64,000 bases of DNA, taken from Octopus sinensis (Eukaryota). The translations under genes were made by a program, and so were the position numbers. The notes under the pieces are model-generated. The model did not search any database. It had not been told where the DNA came from and saw only the letters and a program-made list of their open reading frames with translations. Positions 27,956 through 41,420 of the stretch are shown here, in pieces. The DNA is taken from contig NC_043012.1 of assembly GCF_006345805.1 (NCBI RefSeq), positions 51,212,001-51,276,000 on the forward strand, read 5' to 3'. The first letter of the stretch is position 1. Every line of letters begins with the position of its first letter.

Positions 27956-29037
27956 GGATTTGGAAGTTTTACGATTCGAGTTATTTGCTTACTACCTCAC
28001 CAATATTGTTTGAGACATTTGAGGAAGTAGTAGTTACACACTACGTCATCAGTATTTGGGTCAGTCCTTTTAATTCTTGGTGATAGAACCGCGTGTCTGA
28101 TAAATCATGTCGGGTGTTAATACTTATAGATTTATTATCCTTTAAATAGTTTTAATTAGCTTTAAACATAGCAAGGATTTTTAATAACAGCTAATTACAA
28201 GTACTTTTATTAGTTCCTACTTAATAAAATTAATGCGTATAGTTGCTGGTAATTTAATATTATAGCTTGTGCTGGTGATATATTAATGAGTGTGTAGTGT
28301 TTTATTATTAACTTTTGAATGATGAAATAATGTTTTTTCACTCATAATTATTATATTTTTACTTAAAATAATTTCGCTTGTGTTTGTTTTGTTTTGGAGA
28401 AACTTATATAAATCTTTAACTTTTATTATAGTAGTAACTATGGAAGACAAGTGGAATTATTATTTGTATGGACATACATATCGGTCGCGATTTAGCATAT
28501 AATTTAGTTATTGAAGTTTACTATTAATACCTATACGATGTACATTGGTTTATATGTTTCATTCTTATAGTTTTATTAAAGTTAGTGTTTAACCATTCCT
28601 ATAAATTGATAGATTGAATGAATGTGGTCATTAAGCTTGCACTTTTATATTATACTATGGATGACGGTAGGTATTATAATATTGACTTAATGGTTTGGTC
28701 ACTGTTTAATTGCATATTCAGGAGTTGGTTGTAATTTACTTATTGAAATTATTTACCGATAAGATTGCACATAGTGCAAGTGTGTTATAGTTTCTTTGGT
28801 GTGTTTGTTCTCAAACACCACTTATTTTAGTGTTGTTGACACCGCCGGATTGAATGGTACTGCCATGGTGTCAAGACCATAATGATATCCGTGGAGCAGC
28901 TGATGATGGAAGTATGTTGGATTGCTAGTATGGCTGTTTTGTATATGTGAATCAGTTTTATTGGATTGTCGGTCCGGCTTTTCTTTAGTATATGTGGAAT
29001 AGTATTGTAACACCTTATTTTGACATATATATATATA

Positions 29038-29858
29038 TACGAGGCGGTACCCGAAATAACCGGAAAGATTCTCTGTGGGATATGCCGCGGCAGTTCGAGC
29101 TTCCGCCGCTATAAGCTATACGCTACTAAATATAACCCTCAGGCATCAGTCTGCCGACCGGGATCGTGCTTTAATCGTACTACTACATGATACGACGTTG
29201 TATTGCAATGCTTCTTCCCTATTCGTCCATTTTTGCTAAGGAAAACAGAAGCCGAAACAATTGTCATGCTTCTAATATCTTACAAGGACGTTCCCATGAG
29301 CAAAACTCAGATTACGAGTGGTTTTCACGCTTTAGCATTAGTCTCTTGTCGCTAGAGGGCCATGAACACTCTCCAGCTGATCTTGGGGGATCTTCTAATA
29401 ATTGATGAACTTGTTGTTATGACTTGATGTGTGCTGGAGCTCCCGCCAAAAACGTTTGAGCGAGGAATTGCGAGCGAAGTGTGTTACAGCAAAAATTTTG
29501 CTTTGCTTCCTTACGGGAGATGAAAAATAGTCACGACTGAATGCGTGTCGTGAACTGAAAGAGCAGTTGGAAATTGATCCGTACTTTTCTCGAAGGTAAT
29601 CACTAGTGATGAAAGTATATGCTACGGAATTTTCATGTGAAGGAAGTGAGAAAAAAAACAAAACAATCAAGGACGGAAGCTTTAAAAGGCATATTTTTGC
29701 ATGAGTTTCAGCACTACTTCGAGCAGCGAAAATGCGACTGGACTGATACATTGCTTCAAATGGTAAATACTTTGAAGGTGAAGAAAGTGTAAACATGTAA
29801 ACCTAAGTGAATAAAATAATATTGCAAAATTCCGGTTGCTTTTGGGTACCCTTCTTAC
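29038..29858 (+). mobile_element. Internally deleted mariner, same family as 10613-11484
   Basis: TIRs TACGAGGCGGTACCCGAAATAACCGGAA and TTCCGGTTGCTTTTGGGTACCC. Shared 5' UTR motif CAGGCATCAGTCTGC.GACCGG. ITSDESICYG followed by the C-terminal region ...GKYFEGE. Confidence 0.9.
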
Positions 29859-31665
29859 ATATTTGTCTATGACCAAGATGCCACGTGCTCTCATTTGTGT
29901 GGTGTTTCTTTATTCCTATGCATATATCAGTGGGCATATTTGCATGTGGCATATTTGCCATAATTCCAACATAAGAGAATGTTTCAATGAAGCAAAGAAA
30001 TGTCTGCCACTATATCTGAATGAAATTTTAAACTGACGCTCAAGAAAAGTTCAATTGCAGAGACATAGATATGTGGTTAAAAAAGGTTGGTTTGAAGCGG
30101 TTTAACTGCGCTACGGATTGTTTTACGCGGCAATGACTTTTATCGTTGGAATTCGGTAAGTGGAACCTGCGCAAATCAACCTGATTGTGTATATGCTTGT
30201 CTGAAGCTGTGCCGAGATTATGTTTATGAGGATGTGTATGAGTGTCAGTGTGTGTAAATTTTATGAGTAACTCTTATATTTTATCTTTGTTTAACGACGT
30301 TGCATATACTCATGGTTATGAAAGCTAAAAACATAAAGTAATAATGTAAAATTACTTGAAACATTTCTTCCACGTCATATAAACCAATGTCAACTCCTCC
30401 TCCTCCCTTAGAAACTCAGCGAACTAGTGATTGGTCCGTTATTAAAAGAACAAAAACAAAAACAAATAACAAGCAAACAGACCGCATTTTTATGAAAAAT
30501 AAATATTATAAACATGTTAAAAGAAATATTTAAAATTGTGAATAGAAATAGCACCGCGTCTTCGACTATTTGTTGTTATATTGTGCTCTGTAGCAGTCGA
30601 CATATTACAGTGCATATTTTTCAATCCCAATACATCAATGTAATCATATTTATATTTTCTTCGCTGATAATATTTCTTTTTATAAACCTCATATTTTAAA
30701 CTCCTACTTCCAAAATAGTATTTATTGTGTGTTGGCTCTGGCAATCACTTTAAAGATTTATTTTAACCATCAATTTTCTAATATTGCTGTTCACATTTCC
30801 CTTCTTATAAGATTGTCCCTTCTTCCGAGCAGTCTCTTTTATGACTTTAAATAATATTGTTATGTCTTCTTCTGTGTGACGTTACACAGCTTTAAATACA
30901 CAAACACTTTTAGATAAAACGTATTATAATTATTCTTGCATATATTGATGGTTTTATAATCTAAATGTGTGATAAATTTATTTTCATTTTCTTTTCGTTT
31001 CTTTCAATTTCGTGTTATTTCTTTCTGATTGTGTTTAACCTTTTAATCTGTCAGTACATATTACAATTTATTTTACTCTGTCTATTATTTTCATATTACT
31101 TCCGAAAAAAATAAACAAAAACAATTCTTTATTATCATTGTCCAAGTGTCATTCAATTTGACAAATGTCTCCAATAGTTAAATCTCATCTTTGTTTACAA
31201 TTTTTATTCATTTATTTTATTTTATTATGATATTTCCTAAATAGATTTAAAGAAACCGTTTAACGGTTTATCAAATATTGCTATTATATAGAGCCGGAAA
31301 ACCACGTGATTTTCAGCCATAAAGACTTACTGTTACATAGAGCCAAGAACACGCACACTAACGTTTACGGGAAAAGCAAGACAGGTGGAAGGGTGGGGCG
31401 GAGTGTGTAGGCCATAAAGAAGAAAAAATGGTGAGGAAGACGTTCCTACGCACATGCATACATACAAACGAACATACATACATACAAACATACGTGTGTA
31501 CATTTATACATTCATGCCTACATGTGTAGATAGTACGTATATGCATACATACGTACATACATACACACATACATACATTCTCTCAGAGCAAATCTGTGAA
31601 TATATATATGCATGTATGTATATACATATGCATATACATATATATGCATATATATGCATGTATAT

Positions 31666-31721
<56 letters not shown>

Positions 31722-32839
31722 CGTATATATATGAATATATTTGTGTATATAAATATATATGTATATATACATAGGTATGTGTGTATATATATGTGTGTGT
31801 GTATGTAAGTATATATAAATCTATATATTTATGTATGTGTATATACTTATATAATTTTGCAAGTATATATATATATATATATATATGTGTATACACACAC
31901 ATATATATATACGCCATACACATATTTTCCACTTTGTGTTTATACATGAGTATTTCTCCCTTTATCATCACCTTTCTTCCTATTCACAAACAGAATAATT
32001 TATTCTAAAATGTTTCATAACATACATATTGCTCTGAATGAATAGATACTATCGGTCTTTACGCGACAGCTATTTTAGTTCATTCTCCTATTGAAGTCGC
32101 TTTTCTTCTACTAACAGCTGAAATATGTAATTCTGTAGAGTTAAAAGTCTATTTATATTTAAAAAGAAACTGCACATTGCTTGGCTTATTTCTGCGTGTA
32201 TATTTTCTGCAAAATGACATATAATGTCCTGCAAATCACAAACTACCATTTTCATAAATGGAAGGCACATCGATTCATTGAAGGAGAATCATTGTATATA
32301 TATTGTGTGTACCCTCAACGAAATATGCAAAAATTACAGAAATAGCAGTCAAATCTACTCCATCATATTGCTTATGTTCTTTAAAATATGAACATAACTT
32401 TGTAGTTCATTATATACCAAAAAGTGAATTTTAAGAAGAAAAGTGTTGATATTATGTCAGCTTTATTAACTCTGATTGAGGAAGGAAGAATATATATTTA
32501 TCATTAATATACGTTGAAATATTTGCACTTGTACATTTATTTTGCTTGTTATTGTCTAGGCAAAAGTCCGGAAGCATCGAAACTTACTTTCAATATGTGG
32601 TATTGCCATATTTTATTCTGCTGTTCATGCCGTGTTTAATGATAATGGGTATGAATTCACGTTGCCTTTCGATTAACGCCTATATTTACTCTACCATTGA
32701 CTCGGCGAAAATTTGGTCAGGAGAAGCTATACACTTAACCACTTAAAACTTTTAATTCTTCATCAGCTGATAGATTATACATCTACAGACGATTGCATGC
32801 AAAATAGTTTTCCAATTTAGCAAGTGGACTGTAGCCTAA

Positions 32840-33930
32840 AGTTGGGTTCTTTTCAAAATTAAGATTAGTAAAGTAACTTTTTTAATCTAAAATATACTCT
32901 CCTTCACTTTCTACAATGCTCTTCTATCAATTTTGTTGACTTGCAAAGCCCCTTTTCCAAAATTCACTTATCCGTGACGAAAAATATTTCTCCAGTACTG
33001 TTCTGACCTGTTCTACAAAATTCGTATTTTTTCCGTCCAACTTATTTTGAAGACTGTGGAATAAATGATAATCAGATGGGGCAATTTCATGTCAATATGG
33101 CAGATGGGGCATCGTTTCCCATCCCAACATCCTCTCTGTATGTGACCGAGCATCATCCTGATTGAAGGAACAGTTTTCGTCTTGAAATCAAAAATGTTCG
33201 ATTTTCTTCCAGCTATGATTTAAGCCGCTCAAGTTGCCCGCAGTTGATCTATATTGTCGTTTAGTTTAAGTTTAAAAGTTTAAAGTGAATTAACCCTTTG
33301 ATACACCACAAAACAGATAACTATAACTCACATGGGTGAAGATCTTCTTTAGCCTGGGGTGCCGGTGTTTCTCCTCTCCCTACCCACTGGCTTCGGTGCT
33401 TGAAATTTTTATAGAGAACCCATTTCTCGTCACCAGTTACTGTTTGGTCCAAAAAATTTCATTCGTGAGACGTGACAGCAAAGAAGTGCACAGATTTGAA
33501 AAGTTTGTGAGAAGCCCGTTGATCAAATTTGCTTACTTTTCTTATGGCATGCAGGTGCCAATGAATGGTGGAACGACCAAATCTAAGCATCTTTACTAGA
33601 TGCTCAACAGTTACGATGGGATTTTTCCCAGCAGGCTTTGCAGAACGTCCTCTTCGAGCTCTACAGACCTTACAGGACGAGGCTCATCTTGTAGGCTGTA
33701 GTTTCCTGCTCGGAATTTCTGGCTTACACTTATTGTCCTATTCTCGTATACTGTATTAATACTCCTCGCATTTTCCGTTATGTTGTTGCATATGTTGAAC
33801 TCACAAAGCAAAATATGCCCAATAAGCTCCTTTGTCAGTTCCATAATAGATTTGAAAATATAACAGTTAAAATTAAACTGTACTCTTCAAAACTAAGAAT
33901 AAGATAAAATTACTACCTGCTTTTATAGCA
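32840..33930 (-). mobile_element. Decayed mariner (DD34D) transposon
   Basis: MELTKELIGHILLCEF start at 33844, KFRAGNYSLQDEPRP, VTGDEKWVLY, QDDARSHT, EIAPSDYHLFHSLQN, EGEYILD*. Exact TIR limits not resolved. Confidence 0.88.
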
Positions 33931-33999
33931 AGTTGATGCAGGTAGTCCACCCCGCCTCGTTTCCGATTTTTAGTTCATACAATTGAAAAAAGTTGCATT

Positions 34000-35025
34000 G
34001 TTTATGGGATGTCTATTATGTCTCTTTGCAATTAAAAAAACGTATTACAAAAGCATTTAATAGGATATCATTATCAGATTTACATTTCCCACTCAGTGGT
34101 TATCAAAGTTTTTAACGACATAGCATTTGAGTTTTTCAGACACCTTATTGATGGAAGAAGAGCTTCTCTTAAATGAAACTAAAGAAAATCGCTACTCCCT
34201 AAGAAATGGCACAATGTGCATCGTGGTTTATTGAAACAAAATCGGATACAGCACCCAGCGAAACTACAGGATTAAGTATCCACTTTCACATCCATCAATT
34301 CTTGCATGGTACACGAAATTTTTGGAAACAAGAACAGTGGGGAGTGAACGATCAAAATTATCAGAGGACGACCAAAATTATCGGAGGTAAACATGGATCT
34401 TTAAGACAAATCTTGGCTAGTTATCCAACAAAGTCCAGACCTACTTCTGCCAGACAGCTACAGCTACAGCGGTCAACAGTGTACAAAGACCTATGCAAGA
34501 ACTTGCTATTGTACCCTTTAAAAGCGCATCTGTTTCAGCTACTCGAACCAAAACGAAAAGCGTTTGCAGTCATCATGCTGGAACGAATTTCTGAGGATGC
34601 AGCGTTCTTCGATCTAGTTTTTGTTCGTGATTAGACGATTTCATGTTTCAGAGGAAACTGATCACTTATAATGTAAAGATCTGGGGATCCGAACACCGCA
34701 TGTGACCGGGAAATTTTACCGAGATAGTCGAAAGGTGAATATCTGGTGTGGGATGATGTGCAATCAAATCATTGGTTCAGTTTTCTTCACAGAGAAATTA
34801 ATTTCCTGCAAATGTTTACTTCGATCTTTTGAGTAAATATGTGGAACCACAACTAGATGACCTTCAACCAAGCATAATTTTCGAGCAGAAGGGTGCACCA
34901 CCACATTGGGGACTGCTTCTTCATGGGTTCCTAAATCAAACGTTTCCAGACCTCTGGATTGGAAGGGATGGCCCAGTTCTTTTGCCATCCCGTTACCCCG
35001 ATATCACCCCCACTGGACAATATCC
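34000..35025 (+). mobile_element. Decayed DD41D (rosa/VS-type) Tc1/mariner transposon, 3' truncated
   Basis: ATP*EMAQCASWFIETKSD, RDSRKVNIWCG, and IFEQ(K)GAPPHWG...WIGRDG...PDITP(L)D with 41 residues between the second (mutated) and third D after removing one frameshifting base. Confidence 0.85.
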
Positions 35026-36045
35026 ACTTTTTAATTGGTAACAATTTCCACAAATGTATTTATTTATTTGCATTTCAGACAAATTTTTGAAATTGTGCAT
35101 GTGTGTGTGTGTGTGTTTGTCTAATATCAATCTTATTTTTAAAAGATGTAACAAAATTTCCGTCACAAATATACCCATCAGGTAAAGAATATATATGAAA
35201 ATACACAAGATTTAACTTTGTCACTCTAATAGGAACCAATTGTAACAGATACTGATAAATGTTTATGAAACAAGCAATAAAACAGTTTCAATAAATTATG
35301 TGAGACGTCTACTTTCTGCAATGTCTAATCGTCTGTTTCAACGATAAGTGATCAATTTGTTCTGATAAGGGATCAACGCAAAGTTGACACTTTTCTAAAT
35401 TCCCAGGTTAGGTTCGAGTTAAGTTGACTGCAAGAAGCCTGGTATTTATCTTGTGTACGATTTTAAGTCTCTGCCGAACATTATGAGCACAGATCACTTT
35501 CATCTGACTAAGCTAATTATCAAGAAGGGAAAATGTGGAATACTTCTAAAAAATGAAAAGCTGTAGAGATATGAAGGAACTTTTTCTGGTGAAGAATATT
35601 ATACTTAATAAAGAACTGCAGAGTTATCATTGTTATGCTTGTGTTAAAATGTGATAGAGTACGGATTATGTTACGAATCAGTAATTGTACGATAAACATA
35701 TCATTACGAACAAATATTAATTTGTGTTCAAGTAACATTTGTGATGTTTTCACAGTTATTATACTCCATACTACGCGAAATTCAGTGTAGCAAACAATTT
35801 GTAAGCAAATTGTGGCGATATTTAAGGATATTATTCCTAACAATTGACAGAATTAAAATTATGATGAATATCACGTAGTTTGATGCAAATCATCAATCTT
35901 AAATAACAATGTACTACGCATTAGTAAGCACGTGTGCTGGTGTGCTTCATACAAGTAAAACTTAAATCTCTTTCGATGTATAACGGTATAGATTTTATAA
36001 ACATATATAACATGTAAATATTTCAAGCAATAATAACAAGCATAA

Positions 36046-36130
36046 TTTAAAGTTAACTATACTACCAAAAAAGCGTGTTTTAAAGTTAACTATACTAACA
36101 AAAAAGCGTCTTTTAAAGTTAGCTATACCA
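36046..36130. repeat. 33-bp minisatellite, about 2.6 copies
   Basis: TTTAAAGTTAACTATACTACCAAAAAAGCGTGT at 36046, again at 36079, partial at 36112. Confidence 0.85.
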
Positions 36131-36688
36131 ACTAAGAAAAAGCTAGACTGATTCAACGATATATTGCTAATATGTGTTTCTTATGTAATAAGACTGATTA
36201 TACACTTTCATAATTGAACAGATAATCAATTATTTCATTGATGACGAAAAATAAATCGAAACGAAAAAAAGGGCAATATGATGTAAATTTATAAAGAGAA
36301 GAACAAAATGAACAAAATAATCAAGGCTTCAAGAGGACTGTACGAAACAGGAGATCTATTGTGATCAAGAATACTTCATACAAATCCCACAGGTTATCGA
36401 TTCGGTTATTATGGTTTTGTCAGTGATAGAAAGAGAAAAGTGATGTAAAGTCTATCAAATAGAACGAATGAGAACAACTAAATGAGTTGTCAATAGACAA
36501 AACTCAAATGAATACGCATATGCACTTACGTATGTATATCTTTGTATATGTAAATTAATTAATATTACAAATACTTTACGTGAATGGATATATATATACA
36601 CACACACGAACATACACACCCATATATGTATATGTATACCCAAACACACACACATATACACAAACACACACATGCACGCACACACACA

Positions 36689-36721
<33 letters not shown>

Positions 36722-37258
36722 CGAGAGAGAGAGAGGAGAGTCAGAGTTTGTATATCGGGGTATTGTGTGTGTGGACGTTCGCTAATGTATTAAAGCGCTT
36801 CACTTTGCCAACTTCTAACTATGCGTTTAGAGAAAAGAAACAACTGAATAGGCGCTTGTTATTGGTATAGATGAATGAAGAAAAGAGGTAGAACAGTGAA
36901 CATGTATAGCTGAATGAAGTCTAGAAGAGAAATCAAAAGAGTGTTTCTTTCTAAATTCTGGTACACAAATATGAAACACATTGAACGCCTATCGATTTTC
37001 GATCAATATATTCGATCTGTGTTCGGTCTGGACAACATCAAACATTACAATAGATAACTTTTCGCAGCCAACATATCCACAAATATACATAGTACTTTTC
37101 TCCACATATATACGCACACACATATATATATATATAAATATGTATATGCGAATGTAAATATATACATATATATATATATATGTGTGTGTGTGCGTGTGTG
37201 TGTGTATGTGTGTGTGTGTGTTTTTATGTGAGAGTGTTTGTGTGTGTATATGTATACT

Positions 37259-37291
<33 letters not shown>

Positions 37292-37441
37292 TATATAAAA
37301 GTATATATATAATCATATATACATATTCATATATATAAATATATATGCATATACATATATATACATATGCATATACATATATATTATATATGTATATATA
37401 TATACATACATATATATATATATATATAAATATACAGATGT

Positions 37442-37473
<32 letters not shown>

Positions 37474-39209
37474 GGTTATATATACGATTATGAATGCATA
37501 CCATGTATGTATGCATGTATACTTAAATATCGTGTGTACTTGAATGCGTAATATATGCTTAATATAATGTATCCTTATAGTATAGTCTTTGACTATGCGA
37601 ATGTTGATTTTTTATATGTTCTACATAGTCATGTGTATTAATAGATAAATGTAATAACAGATACAGATGCATAAAATATGTGCAGAAGCCAACATATACT
37701 GACAATTAGCAAATTGCACACACTTGAGTACAGATACACATGAAAAGAAATACGCGCACACACATATACACATGCATAAGCCCTTAAAGTCTTATAACGG
37801 AAAAAACTCACCATACTATAACCGAACAGTGTTAATTATACCATATCTTTGCAGGAACACGCAAAATGTATATAAGGGTACGTCGAAAGATTAGGGATCA
37901 TCATAATTATAAGTTAAGGACACGTCTAATTTTGAAACGTTTTTTTCTGTTGATATAGTTAACCTTTGTTGAAACTGAGCTTGCAATTTAAGACAGATAT
38001 GTTAATACTAAGTAGATATAGGTGTGTAAATCAAAGAGCAAAATTATGTTACATAAAGAAAATTATATATGACGCAAATGCATCTCCTTTCTTCGCAGAA
38101 ATTAGTTCTATACTTCCTCTATTAATTGAATATGCTTGTAAACTTCTAGAAAGTCCCTAACATGGTCTGAATTCTACCGTTATTTATATGAACAAATTTT
38201 GTGAATTGGAAATTTTACTCGTCCAATATATATTCCCCTGCATGCACACATGTGTACAAATATAGATATATGAGATATACGTGCATAATTTCATATGCAG
38301 TGTACCTCCTAGTTTTTCGCTAAGCACATTGAGTAAACATCAACAAAAGCATCTTTCAACAGAAAAGGATGACTTAGTCATTTTGAAAATGCCATAAAAG
38401 AAAGATATTGGTTAGAGAGAAATTACCAATACGAAGGGCCTAGGACGTGAGTTTATGAAGATTCAATTGTGTGACAAGTACTGAATATTCCACGCACAAA
38501 TGGCCACTTGAATTAAATCTCAGGCAGGATCTGTGTGACATTGTGTGTTATAAATTTGTATCTATAATTTACAGATATGCTCTATCAGTTTTGTGTACCT
38601 ATGTTTCCTGATACAATATTGGTCACCCCAATTCTAGAGAATATTACATTTACATAAGCTGCCACACACTGTCAAGAAAGTGATACGTCGAGTTTACTAA
38701 GCGGACTATGTAATAACTGGGATATATTGCATGTGTGGTTGATGTTCTTCGTAATGAATAATTAATGAACTTATTATCTATATTTTGCAGCCAAATGCCA
38801 ATATGCCTATTCACTTAATTACAAGCAAGTTGTATTTCTTTATAGCCATGAGGGAGCTATTTTGCAGCAAGCCCTGCACCTAGTTAGGGTCCTTTAATTG
38901 CCTACATGGGAAATATTCTTTTCCCAAGACTTACGAAACATGACTAGATTAAATCGATACGAATGATCCAAGGCAAATGTGTTCAGAGGAAAAGAAGTGC
39001 TCGCCAATCGAAAACGGATTCTTCTGTTTCAAAATACGTTTCTGTTTGTGTTTGTATATGAAAGAAATGATAAAAATAATGGTTGACGAGACGAAACTTT
39101 AGACTGATACGACATTTGGTGCTTATTAAAACTTGTAAAAATGATTAACTGCATGGACACTTAATAAACTGTGAAGATAACGATAACCCAGTCGATGAAT
39201 TTGAGCCGT

Positions 39210-39303
39210 AACTACAAATTATAAATTCTCTACAATATATAAATTCTATATGTCGAAACTACAAATTATAAATTCTCTACAATATATAAATTCTATATGT
39301 CGA
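39210..39303. repeat. Perfect 47-bp tandem duplication
   Basis: AACTACAAATTATAAATTCTCTACAATATATAAATTCTATATGTCGA x2. Confidence 0.9.
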
Positions 39304-39995
39304 AACCATCATCTTCAGCGCAATCCTGAGGGCTTAGATCTCTAAATCGTATACAAAGTACACAAAAATAAAATGATCAGGTGTTTAATTGTGTATCACT
39401 GTAGCGATGACAACAGATGCTTTTGTACTTGCAAACTACACAGCAGTCAAATCACCAACAAGAGCATTAATTGCAAATTGCTGAATATTTAAAGTGTATG
39501 CAAAATTTGTTTATATAATGCAGTTAACATTTTACTTTTCTAAAGTAATTTTAGTAAGCAAAACGAAACGTGCGATGTAACAGAGATTGGCAGACATATA
39601 AATATATAAATATTTATATATACATACGTTGATATATAAAATATACCATGCTATACATACTATTAAATTGATTTAATGAAATTTATTAACCGTGGTATAT
39701 GATCCGTTGTCGTTCTATACACAGGGAGAAGTATATAGAACGACAGGAAGTTATAAATCCACTGCCTTCTTTAAAACAGCTCCGGAATGGATAATACAAT
39801 AATAAATAATAGCTGATGTGATGGCATATGATGTAAATGAGGCAATTATTTGGAAGATGCATGAACTATTGAGTAGCAGACATCGATTTGTTCTATTACA
39901 CACTATCTGTCCCTGCTCCCCGCTTCATCTCTGTATGTGTGTGTGTGTATTTGTGCTTGCGTGTGCCTATATATACATACATGTATTTACATAGA

Positions 39996-40108
<113 letters not shown>

Positions 40109-40180
40109 TTCTCTGTATATGCATATACATATAAATGCCTATAAATGTATATATATATATTTATACATAGATACACACAC

Positions 40181-40211
<31 letters not shown>

Positions 40212-40759
40212 CACGTGCACAAGTGCATAATCGTATAGGAATACATAGGTCTGTATGCGTCATTTATTACCTCAGTCTAAGTATTTGTACAGCGATCACA
40301 GCTGTGTAGTGATTTTGTAGGGGAGTAGCTGTTTATGCCATTAAGTTTTGAATCCGTATGTAAAGTAGATCAAAGTCGAAATGCATATAGTGTTTTTTCT
40401 TGTCTATTTTATTTAATCTTATAAATCCAAAATTTTATAAGAAAATACCAATTGTTCGTTTAGATATAATCAGCATAAAACCCAAGTATACGCTCCACAT
40501 TTCTTGAAATAGTAAACACACTTCCAAGTTTAACATCCAGGTGTGTTTAACAATATAAAATATTTAGGGCATGTTTTCGAAAGATACATGGACACCGCAC
40601 TGTCTTGTCACTTTCGAAATATCCTTATTTATAGCGGATGATTATTTGGTTCGATCTGGGTAATACAAAGTCCAAAATATATCAGATACTCTAAAAAAGC
40701 GATATCTAAATGATGGTGGCTTAGAAAGAAAAACTGTGCTGTAAATTGAGTACAAATAT

Positions 40760-41420
40760 GTCCATCTAATGAAAATTGATCTCAATATTCACCTTGGGAC
40801 TTGCGAAATTAAATATTGACACCATGAGATAAGAAATCGAATTCAGAAATCTCAATTAACCTGGTGCGCAATAAATTTTCTAATCAACACAGTACTAATA
40901 CCAATAACATAAGACGATGAAGATGTGGATATTTTCTCCAACCAGAACTATATAATGAGAGAACTATAGGAATACGAAGAGTGGAACTGGCAAAAAAAAG
41001 CACTATATTCGAAGGCATGCGTCAATTCTAAGTAAGAGAAGCATTAATATTAACTTAAAGATTTGGTTATATATAGTAATATTTCTGCGAACTGATCTGT
41101 ATGGCTCTAAACCAAATGTAATGTTTATGCTTGGGAGTGCAATGATTTGTTCACTAGACTCTTCTGCAAACGATATAAAAGAAACGGGTGGGTGAAGAGG
41201 AGATTCCCTCTGCCATTCGAGGAAGAAATTAAAGGCAGAAAGATCAGATTGACATGATAAATGGAGCTTGCTGCTTTATGCATATTACAAGGAGATACCT
41301 AATTTATGTAGGTGTCAGTATACAAATTGGATTGATGTTGTTGACACCACGAGAAAAAAATGAAAATAATGTTGAATTCAGAGAAAAGAGAGATAAGAAT
41401 ATGCAACGCATGGCAAAATT
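40760..41420 (+). mobile_element. Possible very old LINE (RTE-like) RT fragments
   Basis: Weak peptides HLGTCEIKY*HHEIRNRIQ, INTVLIPIT and EEEIPSAI resemble LINE RT segments; order is scrambled and stops are frequent. Confidence 0.3.

Noticed and set aside
28012-28067. Hammerhead-like TTGAGGAA-GTAGT-loop-ACTAC-GTCA...GTC just after the PLE stop
   Set aside because: A stem II exists but the core has three mismatches and stems I/III need bulges; the minus strand has CTGATGA but no GAAA.
36046-39303. Short direct repeats as a CRISPR-like array (also 2601-2646, 5003-5059)
   Set aside because: Only 2-3 contiguous units with no unique spacers; ordinary slippage duplications in eukaryotic DNA.
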